Shown here: one piece after another, positions 41,819-51,110 of the stretch | How the letters are laid out: each line of letters opens with the position of its first letter | Numbering within the stretch: position 1 is the first letter of the stretch | The notes under the pieces: model-generated | Database searches by the model: none | The model's input: the letters and a program-made list of their open reading frames with translations, nothing else | Told to the model about the DNA's origin: nothing | Translations under genes and position numbers: made by a program | Assembly: GCA_045605805.1 (NCBI GenBank) | Contig: JAZUQR010000027.1 | Span: forward strand, 32,001-96,000 | Source of the DNA: Alphaproteobacteria bacterium | GTDB lineage: Bacteria > Pseudomonadota > Alphaproteobacteria > CAAHEQ01 > UBA3637 | Length of the DNA: 64,000 bases | Direction: 5' to 3'

Positions 41819-41889
41819 GCCCGGTAGGACTTGAACCCACGACCTATCCGTTATGAGCGGACAGCTCTAACCAACTGAGCTACAGGCCC
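41813..41889 (-). tRNA. tRNA with CAT anticodon, probably tRNA-Ile2 (lysidine)
   Basis: GGGCCTGTAGCTCAGTTGGTTAGAGC..CTCATAA..GGTTCAAGTCC..GGGCCCACCA, 77 nt. The G1-C72 pair and absence of a 3GC anticodon stem exclude the initiator; the acceptor stem resembles Ile2. Confidence 0.93.
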
Positions 41890-41903
41890 ACATACAACAT
41901 GGT

Positions 41904-41932
41904 ATTATAGCAAAATAAAAAACAAAAAGCAA
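41904..41932 (-). promoter_or_regulatory. Sigma70 promoter of the tRNA
   Basis: TTGCTT-N17-TATAAT. Confidence 0.65.
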
Positions 41933-42047
41933 GCCTTTTCTGTTCATAAAAAAATCTTTTTGTTTTGTGTCATTTTTTACTGGTTTTTCCCCAAAAAAAA
42001 TGCTATACTATAACTGTTGAGGGAAAACAGAAAGAAACGGAGAAAAA

Positions 42048-42557
42048 ATGTCAAAAGACTATACATTCAACCCCGGTGATTTTGTTGTTTATCCTGCGCA
42101 TGGTGTGGGCCAAGTGACAGAACGTCAAACAACCACGGTTGCCGGACAAAATCTAGATTTAATTGCCGTGCATTTTACAAAAGATAAAATGACCATGAAG
42201 ATTCCATCAACCCAAGCCTTGGAAAAAGGTTTAAGGCAAATCGCAACCCCTGTGATGATGGAAAGCGTGGAAAAAGTTTTAAGTAAAAAGACAAAAGCAA
42301 AACGTGTTCAATGGAGCAAACGATCGGCCGAATATATCACAAAAATCGGCACAGGCGATCCAATTGCTTTGGCCGAAGTGATTCGGGATTTATATAAAGA
42401 CCCTGCTGTGGCCTCCCAAACATACAGCGAACGGCAACTTTACGAAAAGGCCATGAATCGTTTGGCACCCGAATATGCCGTTATTCTTGGCATTGCAGAA
42501 ACAGAAGCACAAGCCAAAATTGAAAGCTGTCTGCGTGGATCTGATTCGGCGGAATAA
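42048..42557 (+). CDS. carD: CarD/CdnL family transcription factor
   Basis: GDFVVYPAHGVG, W.KR..EY..KI.TGD...AEV.RDL and YSERQLYEKA. Confidence 0.92.
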   Translation: MSKDYTFNPGDFVVYPAHGVGQVTERQTTTVAGQNLDLIAVHFTKDKMTMKIPSTQALEKGLRQIATPVMMESVEKVLSKKTKAKRVQWSKRSAEYITKIGTGDPIALAEVIRDLYKDPAVASQTYSERQLYEKAMNRLAPEYAVILGIAETEAQAKIESCLRGSDSAE

Positions 42558-42603
42558 ATAATAAACAAGATAAAAAAACAAAAATGGGGAATATGATTGG
42601 AAA

Positions 42604-43080
42604 CTATTCAATCACTTCCCCATCATATAATCCCCACATAAAACGACGAGGAAACCATCCTTCTAATTGTTCGTTTTCATAATTAAACTGCAACAAGCAA
42701 TAATCTCCCGCCGGGCAAGAATGAACTTTTGCCACTACACCTGGCTGAACATAAGCAATCACACGAGAAGAAACAGACGGCCCTGCCAAAAGTTTATCTT
42801 CGGATTGAATCACCACATAGCGCACCTCTTGCAACGCCCGTTGATGCATCCAACCAATGGTTCCATCAGCCTCACGCACTTGAAGCCAATGTTCAAAGCT
42901 GTCAATCACCTCAAAGGGATAATATCTTTCTTGATACACCCATTTAATGGGAAAGCGTTCAGCTGGCCCCGCCCGTAAATTGACTTTGTCATACCGCAAA
43001 GAACGAAAGCCTTGCTCTTGAGCATAAGCACACACCACAAAAAACATCATCAATAAACACAAAAACCTAAAAATCTTCAT
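42604..43080 (-). CDS. Exported tandem SH3-domain protein (SH3_4 type)
   Basis: Signal peptide; SL..DKVNLRAGP..FPIKWVY and W.QVR..DG..GW. Confidence 0.85.
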   Translation of the reverse strand: MKIFRFLCLLMMFFVVCAYAQEQGFRSLRYDKVNLRAGPAERFPIKWVYQERYYPFEVIDSFEHWLQVREADGTIGWMHQRALQEVRYVVIQSEDKLLAGPSVSSRVIAYVQPGVVAKVHSCPAGDYCLLQFNYENEQLEGWFPRRFMWGLYDGEVIE

Positions 43081-43636
43081 GTTTTATTTCCCCTGAGAAA
43101 CGGTGGCGAATGCTTTTTTGCGGGCGTCGGAACGAAAACATTTTATCTTGGCTTTCTTCCTGTATTTTTTCATGCAAACCCGCATTTTCCAAAATCACTT
43201 TTTGCTCATCCGTCACAGCCCCACGCTCCTGTCCATCCGAAAAGTCTTTCCAAGCCACCTGAACAGCAGGCATGACCACCAATTGAGCAATTCTATCCCC
43301 CCGATGTAATACAACCAAATGAGAAGAAGTATTTTGCACCAATACCGCCAATGGCCCTCTATCAGCCGGATGAACAAGCTGAGGCGCATCCAAAACAACC
43401 AGTCCTTCTTTTTGAGCCATATCAAAAGTACTGACCACAAAACCGCAATAACCTTCCGGCACACCAACAGCAAAACCAACCGGCACCAACGCCCGATCCC
43501 CTGGTTCCAAACGCAAAGCCGAAGGAATAGCAGCTTGAAGATTCAATCCCATATGATAAGGCGAATGATAACTGGGCAACGGCAAATCGTTTCCATCGGC
43601 AGTACGCATAATAGATAAACTTAAAACCTTGGTCAT
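43067..43636 (-). CDS. dUTPase-fold protein lacking catalytic motifs (pseudo-dUTPase)
   Basis: LPLPSY, LEPGDRALVPVG and GDRIAQLV retained; motifs 1, 2, 3 and 5 altered. Confidence 0.75.
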   Translation of the reverse strand: MTKVLSLSIMRTADGNDLPLPSYHSPYHMGLNLQAAIPSALRLEPGDRALVPVGFAVGVPEGYCGFVVSTFDMAQKEGLVVLDAPQLVHPADRGPLAVLVQNTSSHLVVLHRGDRIAQLVVMPAVQVAWKDFSDGQERGAVTDEQKVILENAGLHEKIQEESQDKMFSFRRPQKSIRHRFSGEIKHEDF

Positions 43637-43644
43637 ACCTCTCC

Positions 43645-44628
43645 CTATGTAATTGCTGTAATTGCCCGAATATTGCCATCCCGATTGATTTGCACCACAC
43701 GCAGTTTTTCTTTCATTTCTTTATGAGTCTTTTCCTGATCCAAAGCCGGATTGGAATGCATAATCCGAGAAATAAAAGCCTGATAAGCAGCCTCAGGATT
43801 TTCGGCGTGAATCGTGGCAAAACAATTTTCATGCCCCGAGTTCATCAACTCCCAAATAGCCCCGGCATTTGTGGTAGAAATCTCTCCTCCAATAATGGCA
43901 TCAGGCGTAAAACGCACAACCAAATCCACCACTTGTTTATAATCAAACTTGTTGTTTGCTTCTGTACGAGCCAACACCAAATGCACTCGGTTGGGTTGAT
44001 GCACAATCAATTCACGGGTATCCTCAATCGTAATAATACGCTTATGTTCATCCAAAATCTTAAGCATATTATTCAAAAAAGTCGTTTTACCGGTAGCCGT
44101 TCCCCCACTGATAAGAATATGATCCCCCCGTTTAATAGAAAGCAGTAAACGGTCATAAGGATCATCCGGATCTTCCACATTTTTTAACCGATTTACTTGA
44201 CGCAACCGCCCGCCTTGAACAAGGCCAAATTGATCCAATTTAATATCCACATCCGGTTTATAAACACGAATATCCAAGGCAACGCCACCTTCCAAATCAT
44301 CATCATCATATTTCACATTCTGGCCAATAATGCCTGCAAAACGATGGCCCCCTGGAAGTTCAGTATAAACAGCCGGCACGCCCACTTCTTCTCCAAAGGG
44401 TTTGTCTTGACTGTTGGAAATGATATACATCAAATTACGCAAATACTCCCGTGTCAATTTTGGGTCTTCGTAATAATGCCACGGATGAGCATGTCTGCCC
44501 CGTAAACGCAACCAAATCCCCCCTGGGTTATTCACAGCAACATCTTCCACATTATCCTGTGAATACCAATAAGCCAAAGGTTTCAATACCATTTCTAAAA
44601 TGCGTTGCGATTCCGGCCGTTTTCCCAT
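43645..44628 (-). CDS. virB11: VirB11-family T4SS ATPase
   Basis: Walker A GGTATGKT, Asp box TIEDTRE, Walker B PDAIIGGE and His box TIHA. Confidence 0.9.
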   Translation of the reverse strand: MGKRPESQRILEMVLKPLAYWYSQDNVEDVAVNNPGGIWLRLRGRHAHPWHYYEDPKLTREYLRNLMYIISNSQDKPFGEEVGVPAVYTELPGGHRFAGIIGQNVKYDDDDLEGGVALDIRVYKPDVDIKLDQFGLVQGGRLRQVNRLKNVEDPDDPYDRLLLSIKRGDHILISGGTATGKTTFLNNMLKILDEHKRIITIEDTRELIVHQPNRVHLVLARTEANNKFDYKQVVDLVVRFTPDAIIGGEISTTNAGAIWELMNSGHENCFATIHAENPEAAYQAFISRIMHSNPALDQEKTHKEMKEKLRVVQINRDGNIRAITAIT

Positions 44629-44638
44629 AATTTACTCC

Positions 44639-47600
44639 TTAAAAATAACGATCATCGTCTTGATAAATAGGAGGAGAAACAGGATCAACCTTTCTGTCTT
44701 CTGTATCCTCTGGTACATAGATTTTGTCTGATTCCTCTTGCTCTTCCTCTTGTTCCTCCGTTTCTTCTTCATCAGATTTTGTTCTTTTTTCCACCCAAGA
44801 ATCATTCACAGAAGGCAATTGCGCAGCACTTGGATCACCAAGTCCTTGATCTTCCAAATCTTCCACATCATCATCCACCGAACGCAACCATAAATCCGTA
44901 TTGGAAAAAGCGGTTAAACGAGTTCCTGATGGCACATACAAAATGTTTGGAACTTCACCAGACATTTCCATAAGTTGGCCCCAAATATCCTTAAAATTAT
45001 CAATAAACATTTTGCGTATTTGAGACCCAGGAGTTTCAGATGTCGTTGTGCCATTACTAGCCGTTGAAGAAGAAGCAATCACAGATTTTTCGTTCAGTTC
45101 AGTCAATTTCAAAACAATAGCTTCACCAATACTGCTGCCCACAGGCAACAAAAACTTCCGCATCAACTGCATATCCAAATAAGCGGCCACACCCCCTCGT
45201 CCTTGTGCATCGCCCGAAACGGCTTCAAACTTAAAGGCAGCCCCATCAGGACGAATCAACCGATTCCAAGAAATATCAATTTTGGCGGCTTGATCTGTGC
45301 CAAACTCCATGGCTGAACCAGACAATGAACCAATCAACCGACTGCCGGCAGGAATCAAAATATTGCGTCCTTCTTCGGCATAAATATGTCTTTCCACAAT
45401 GGCCGTCACAGGGGCAGTTGGATATCGGGTATCAATAGAACGCACTAATACCGCCGGAATAGCCTTATCAGCCAACAACACTCTGGACATATCCACAGAC
45501 CATGTAGAAACATTTTTATCCACATCCACACTTGACCAATCCTTGTCTTTTTTGCCTTTGGCTTTGGCTTGAATGGCTTTGCCAGGAAGAATCGTTGGAA
45601 CAGACCCCATTTTTTCCTTCATTTTAAGGCGTCTCTTTTTTTGTAAATCCAAAAATTGCTCTTTAACTTCATCCGGAATCACTATTTCTTTTGGGGGTGG
45701 TGGCGGCTCTCGGTATTCAGGACTTGTTTTATCAGTCTCCCAAATATACGGACGCAGAGTAGAAGGATCCCACGCCCCAACAACCTTACCCTCACCATTC
45801 ACAAGCATTCCTGTGTCTGGATCAATTTCATATGTCTTGCCCCCCCAAGTGATTTTGCGACCACCCGCTCTTTCACCAATAGACGCCAGCCCACAACGTC
45901 TTAAATCCATGCCAAGCCCCCGGAACCATCCATAATCCGTTCCATCCGGATTATAAACCTTTCCATCTGTTGTGGAAGTTAAAATAATATCACCGGCCTC
46001 ATCACGGATATTTCCGTTGGCTTCCAAAAGCCCCATCTTTTCTTCGCCTGGAATCTTAAACAATTCACAATTAAATAATCTGGCCACCGGCTTGTTGGTT
46101 AAATCATATAGCAACACATAGTCATTCTCATCTCCAAACCCTGGCAATGTGTTTCCATACTTATCAGTCATTGTGCCTGTTGTTTGGTTATAGTATCCCA
46201 TAGAAGTACCGTCTCCAGTTTTAACCTCACCGTCTATGGATATTGTATAATCTAAAGTACCACCCGGATTAAAAATCAATCTATCTTCGTTGGAAGCCAT
46301 CCAACCAATTTTGTTACCGTTAAAATCATAGGCGTCATCATTATCCAAACCACCAATCGTTCCTTGAGGTTTACCATCTGTCCCCACAACACGGCCCATA
46401 GCGTCCACACGCCCAAACATCACTTTGTCGTTGTTAAACACAGGACCACGAGCTCTTAACCGCCCAATTGGTTCACCATTGGCATCACGCAACAATTTAT
46501 CACGTCCCACACAACCAACCACAACGCCATCCGGATTCACCACAGTTGAATCGGGTAAAGTGCGCCCCAAATATACCCCTTTTTCGGAAGTAATCGGCCC
46601 ATAACGCACAATAAAGCCCAACTCTTTACCCATAGGATCGGTAGCCACACCTTTTGGCTGCATCCGGCCAATCACATTGCCTTGACCATCCACAACCGTT
46701 CCATCATAGGCAGTTTGTCCAATAACCTTGCAAGAATTATCCACAACCAAAGTTTCTGGAAGAACACCACCCACTTCTTGCAACTTATCTTTCAAAGTTT
46801 GTGCCTCTTCAAAAGTCAAAGGAAGAGCCGCACCATTGCTGGCAAGTGCAGCAACTTCTTCGCCCGCTTCATTCACAACTTTTCCCAAACCATTCACAAA
46901 TCCCAACACAGAATTAGACAAACTCAACACAGGCAAAAACGGAACAATCTGCCCTTCCAACGGCCGTTCCTTGCCCAAAATAGTGGCATCATCCAAAATC
47001 TGATATTTCACAGAACCAGAAGCATCAATCAAATGACCATCCACGGTTGTGCGCCCTAAAACAGAAGGATTATATCCAACCGGCACCCCTTGAACAACCA
47101 AATGCCCCACATAAGGCATGGTATTATAAACAGCCGGCTCCGACACACCCGCCACACTGCCATCCGGCAACACACGCCCTTTGAAGTTCTTATCAAACAT
47201 CACCGAACCATCAGCCGTCACAACCCCAACTTTTTGGGCATAGTCATCCACAACAAACCCTGTTTTCAAAGGTCCGCCTGCCCAAATTGTTTCAGGTGTT
47301 AAAACCGAAGAAAACGCCATACGAGAACCGATTTTCTGACCATTCACACCCCACACCTGCGCACCAAAACCGGATTCTCCAATTTTTTTGCCAGCTTTGT
47401 CAATAATCGTTTCAGCATTAAAAATACCACCAATCAAAGAGCCACCTTGTTCAACAAACCCATTACCAAAAGAAGTACCAATAACTTTGCCCCCCAACCA
47501 AACAGCACCTGTCCAATCCTCCATACCAAGACTCTTTAAGTTATGTGAATTGGCAAATCCAATCTGAGCCGAAGTCCCAACAACCATTTTATCAGAATCC

Positions 47601-50600
47601 ACAATAAAATCGTTCATCATCAATTCCCCCACGGAACGATTTGTTTGTGGTTTATAAACCAGACTGTCCCGACCAACAACACCCATCAAAGAGGAAGAAG
47701 TTAAACCTCTGGCAAATGGGTTTGTACTATGAATACGCCCCACAACAGACCCTTTGTTCATCACATAATCTGGGGCTGCCACAGTGCCGATTTGACTGCC
47801 GGAAGCCGACACAACAGAACCGGTTTCTGTCATAATACCACACATTTTTTCATCTTCATTCAAAGAATATGCTCCAAACGGCACATAGCCGCCCAAAATT
47901 GTGCCTGCAATGTCATTCACACGATTGTTAAAGGCAACCCGCCCAACAACAGCGTTCATATTCATAACAGAGCCATTAAAGCCGGTCCATCCCATAACTT
48001 CCCCGGTGGCATTCAGGGCCAAACCATTCAAAAGAGGCCGCCCAATTAAAGAAGAATCCGCATTGGTTAAATAAGGCATCTGATTGTATGTCATACCCAT
48101 AAAACCGTTTCCATTATAAATCCCGCCATCAGGGGCCACACGGCCAATAAATAAACCATTTTTATCAACAACCGTTGCATTTTTCACCACAGTACCAACA
48201 ATTTTACCGGCAGCATCAAACACAAAACCATCCACACCCAATTGCCCAACAGTTTTGCCTTCACCATTTTCAACATCACCGTTAAAGCGTACAAATCCCA
48301 TAAAATGGCCATCCAAATCAACAACCATACCCAAAGGAAGAGCCGTACCAACCAAGCGACCATCTACACCCAAAACAGTGCCAAAACCAGACACAGCCCC
48401 AACATATGAAGCATTTTTGTCAAATACAGAAGCCTGATATTGCATACTGTTTTCTGTGGAAGCATCCGGCACAACAAAACCAATCACACCGGCCGAAGAA
48501 ACAACCACAGAGGTTTTATTCCACAAGGCGCCAACCACACGATTATCCGGAGTCACCGCAATTTCATTCGGTAACAAAGAGGCCACCTTAGTCCCATCCA
48601 TCATCACATCCCCTTTGATGGAAACCATACCAACATAATCACCAGAAGAAGATAACACAACCCCTTCACCCAAAACACCACCCATCAATTCATTATTGGA
48701 ATTATACACAGCACCATCTGCCAACACTTTTCCAATCACTTGACCAGAAGCATTGACAACCTGCCCTCGGGCATCAAACCGTCCCAACACAGCTCCTTTG
48801 AAATCCGCAAAATAAGAATCCTTTGGAAAAGCTCGTCCCACAATGCGTGTGGCTGTCATATCTAACACAGTACCATCCGGCATTAAACGCCCCAAGGGTT
48901 TGTTATCCACAGAAAGAGCTTGCCCCATAAAGGCATTATAAGTTCCAATAAGCCGACCATTCATATCAAAAATAAAACTATCCGGATGAACCAAACCAAC
49001 AATTTGGCGGGCCTTATTCAATACCCAACCATTCAAGGTTTGAGTTCCAACTTCGTTCTGTTGCGTATCCATACATTTGGAAGCCTTACAAGTCCAACCG
49101 GTGAATAGACCAACATCATTCAACACAGCCCCATTATAAGTACGAGTATCACCTTGCGAACTTGTGCCGTTTGAATTGACACAACCAATAACCTTGCCAT
49201 TCTTATCAATAATCTGGCCATCATAGCGCACCCGACCGGAAAAATCACCTTTTGGTGAAAACAGCGCCCCTGTTGGTGTTAAAACCCCCAAAGATTGTCC
49301 ATTTGCAGCCAGCGGTTCTTTTTCAAGATTGATACAGCCAATGACATTTCCTTTTTGATCAATCACCTGCCCCGACAAAGACAAAAGCCCCATCAAACGA
49401 CATCCTTCTGCCAAAACCGTCCCACGGGGAACAACAACACCCATCACCACAGAAGAGTCATTTAGTGTATATCCGTCCGAACGCACCTTTCCAATGGGTT
49501 GCAACGCAATTGTCACAACCGAACCATCTGGATAAACACTGCCCAAAACATTACAAGAATTACCCACCACACGACCTTTTTGTAAAACACCACCCAACAC
49601 TTGTTTGTCTGTATAAACACTGCCATCTGGTGCAACATTCCCCATAAGACTTCCCTTGCCATCCACAGCTTTCCCTTCGGAATTGACAAAGCCCAACACA
49701 TTTCCATCCATATCCACAACCAAGCTGTTGCCAATGACAGCCCCAATTGTGTTCATATTCGCATCTACCACATCACCATTGGGCATCACACGCCCCACAA
49801 CTTGACCATAAACATCTTTAACCGATCCATTCAAAGAAACTTCACCAAACGAACGACCGCCCAAACCAACAGCGATACCTTGCTTAACCACAGAACCAAC
49901 CAAAACGCCATTAGTATTCACAATAAAACCATTTTGTTGCAAAAAACCTTGAACCTTTTGTTCCGAATCAATCACAGCACCGGTTGGTAAAACAATACCC
50001 AAAACATTGCCTGACAAATCCATGGCCATTCCCCAAGAACGCAACACCCCAATTTGAATGCCAGCATCATCAAAAACAGTTTGATCCACCCGAGGCGTAC
50101 CAATTTTTTTGCCGGCCCCATCCACAACTTTCAATTCATTAGTCGCCTTATCAACCGTCAACTTACCCACAACAGCCCCTTTTGAATTGATAACCGAAAC
50201 CAAAGGAATGGCCGCCCCAAGCACATTAAAATCCGAATCCACAACGGTATTATCCAATAATAAACGCCCTACAAGCTTACCCTCTTTGTCTTCCACCGTC
50301 CTTGAATCGGTCACAAAACCCAAAAACTCATTTTTCAAATTTAACGCCACAAGTCTTGGTTCTGTCACACCCAGAACTTCCCCCTCGGGATTTTTAACAA
50401 TCCCTTCCTCAGGCGGTTCAGCCCCCTCTGGCAACTCTACTTCTGTACCATCAGGCAACACATAAATCGGTCTTGGCTTTTTTTCGGGTTTATTTTCAAC
50501 ACCACAATTTTCACAACAAACACATTCTTTGGAATCAATAGCTGTTCCCTTTAAGGTAATCTGACTCCGTTCATCCTTCAAAACACGGGAATTGTCTTCA

Positions 50601-51100
50601 TGCCACACAATCGTCAAAGTATTTTGAATACTTTGCACTTTAACAGGTGTCCAAGAAACTTTCAATACACATTCTTCATCCACATCCAATTCGGTACGCT
50701 CCATACAATCGCCCGATAAAACAAAGCCATGTTCAGAAATATCCGCCAAATAGCTTTCCACAAAAACCAACGGGCCGTTTTCTGCCCTTAAAAGAACCGT
50801 AGCTTCAGCCGTAGCCCCCAACACAACATCATCAAATGCAACTTCCTGAGGAGAAACAACCAGCTGCGTTCCATCCACAGAAAAATCGGGCAATTTATCA
50901 TCATCAGAAACATCATCCCCGAAGGTATTTATCACATTAGCAGAAACAGGCTCAGTTTGAATCAAATCAACAGGTTGTTCTTTCGGAGCGGAACACAGTA
51001 CCACAAAAAACAAAATCACAACCAACAGTCCAAACAAAGATAAAATCCATGTGGTTCTGCGTTTTGATTGTGCGGATAAACTTTCGTGACTTGTTGCCAT
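44639..51100 (-). CDS. virB10: Giant VirB10/TrbI-family protein with Ig-like domain and ~1550-aa repeat region
   Basis: N-terminal TM; C-terminal TrbI domain (IPAVL..SID, ILIPAGSRLIG, W.RLIRPDG, D..GR.G, VPSGTR); lies between virB9 and virB11. Confidence 0.88.
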   Translation of the reverse strand: MATSHESLSAQSKRRTTWILSLFGLLVVILFFVVLCSAPKEQPVDLIQTEPVSANVINTFGDDVSDDDKLPDFSVDGTQLVVSPQEVAFDDVVLGATAEATVLLRAENGPLVFVESYLADISEHGFVLSGDCMERTELDVDEECVLKVSWTPVKVQSIQNTLTIVWHEDNSRVLKDERSQITLKGTAIDSKECVCCENCGVENKPEKKPRPIYVLPDGTEVELPEGAEPPEEGIVKNPEGEVLGVTEPRLVALNLKNEFLGFVTDSRTVEDKEGKLVGRLLLDNTVVDSDFNVLGAAIPLVSVINSKGAVVGKLTVDKATNELKVVDGAGKKIGTPRVDQTVFDDAGIQIGVLRSWGMAMDLSGNVLGIVLPTGAVIDSEQKVQGFLQQNGFIVNTNGVLVGSVVKQGIAVGLGGRSFGEVSLNGSVKDVYGQVVGRVMPNGDVVDANMNTIGAVIGNSLVVDMDGNVLGFVNSEGKAVDGKGSLMGNVAPDGSVYTDKQVLGGVLQKGRVVGNSCNVLGSVYPDGSVVTIALQPIGKVRSDGYTLNDSSVVMGVVVPRGTVLAEGCRLMGLLSLSGQVIDQKGNVIGCINLEKEPLAANGQSLGVLTPTGALFSPKGDFSGRVRYDGQIIDKNGKVIGCVNSNGTSSQGDTRTYNGAVLNDVGLFTGWTCKASKCMDTQQNEVGTQTLNGWVLNKARQIVGLVHPDSFIFDMNGRLIGTYNAFMGQALSVDNKPLGRLMPDGTVLDMTATRIVGRAFPKDSYFADFKGAVLGRFDARGQVVNASGQVIGKVLADGAVYNSNNELMGGVLGEGVVLSSSGDYVGMVSIKGDVMMDGTKVASLLPNEIAVTPDNRVVGALWNKTSVVVSSAGVIGFVVPDASTENSMQYQASVFDKNASYVGAVSGFGTVLGVDGRLVGTALPLGMVVDLDGHFMGFVRFNGDVENGEGKTVGQLGVDGFVFDAAGKIVGTVVKNATVVDKNGLFIGRVAPDGGIYNGNGFMGMTYNQMPYLTNADSSLIGRPLLNGLALNATGEVMGWTGFNGSVMNMNAVVGRVAFNNRVNDIAGTILGGYVPFGAYSLNEDEKMCGIMTETGSVVSASGSQIGTVAAPDYVMNKGSVVGRIHSTNPFARGLTSSSLMGVVGRDSLVYKPQTNRSVGELMMNDFIVDSDKMVVGTSAQIGFANSHNLKSLGMEDWTGAVWLGGKVIGTSFGNGFVEQGGSLIGGIFNAETIIDKAGKKIGESGFGAQVWGVNGQKIGSRMAFSSVLTPETIWAGGPLKTGFVVDDYAQKVGVVTADGSVMFDKNFKGRVLPDGSVAGVSEPAVYNTMPYVGHLVVQGVPVGYNPSVLGRTTVDGHLIDASGSVKYQILDDATILGKERPLEGQIVPFLPVLSLSNSVLGFVNGLGKVVNEAGEEVAALASNGAALPLTFEEAQTLKDKLQEVGGVLPETLVVDNSCKVIGQTAYDGTVVDGQGNVIGRMQPKGVATDPMGKELGFIVRYGPITSEKGVYLGRTLPDSTVVNPDGVVVGCVGRDKLLRDANGEPIGRLRARGPVFNNDKVMFGRVDAMGRVVGTDGKPQGTIGGLDNDDAYDFNGNKIGWMASNEDRLIFNPGGTLDYTISIDGEVKTGDGTSMGYYNQTTGTMTDKYGNTLPGFGDENDYVLLYDLTNKPVARLFNCELFKIPGEEKMGLLEANGNIRDEAGDIILTSTTDGKVYNPDGTDYGWFRGLGMDLRRCGLASIGERAGGRKITWGGKTYEIDPDTGMLVNGEGKVVGAWDPSTLRPYIWETDKTSPEYREPPPPPKEIVIPDEVKEQFLDLQKKRRLKMKEKMGSVPTILPGKAIQAKAKGKKDKDWSSVDVDKNVSTWSVDMSRVLLADKAIPAVLVRSIDTRYPTAPVTAIVERHIYAEEGRNILIPAGSRLIGSLSGSAMEFGTDQAAKIDISWNRLIRPDGAAFKFEAVSGDAQGRGGVAAYLDMQLMRKFLLPVGSSIGEAIVLKLTELNEKSVIASSSTASNGTTTSETPGSQIRKMFIDNFKDIWGQLMEMSGEVPNILYVPSGTRLTAFSNTDLWLRSVDDDVEDLEDQGLGDPSAAQLPSVNDSWVEKRTKSDEEETEEQEEEQEESDKIYVPEDTEDRKVDPVSPPIYQDDDRYF

Positions 51101-51110
51101 TGATAAATCC

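Noticed and set aside
45760-50400. DNA tandem repeat or diversity-generating retroelement target in virB10
   Set aside because: Repeats are visible only at protein level; I saw no near-identical DNA copies or reverse transcriptase.
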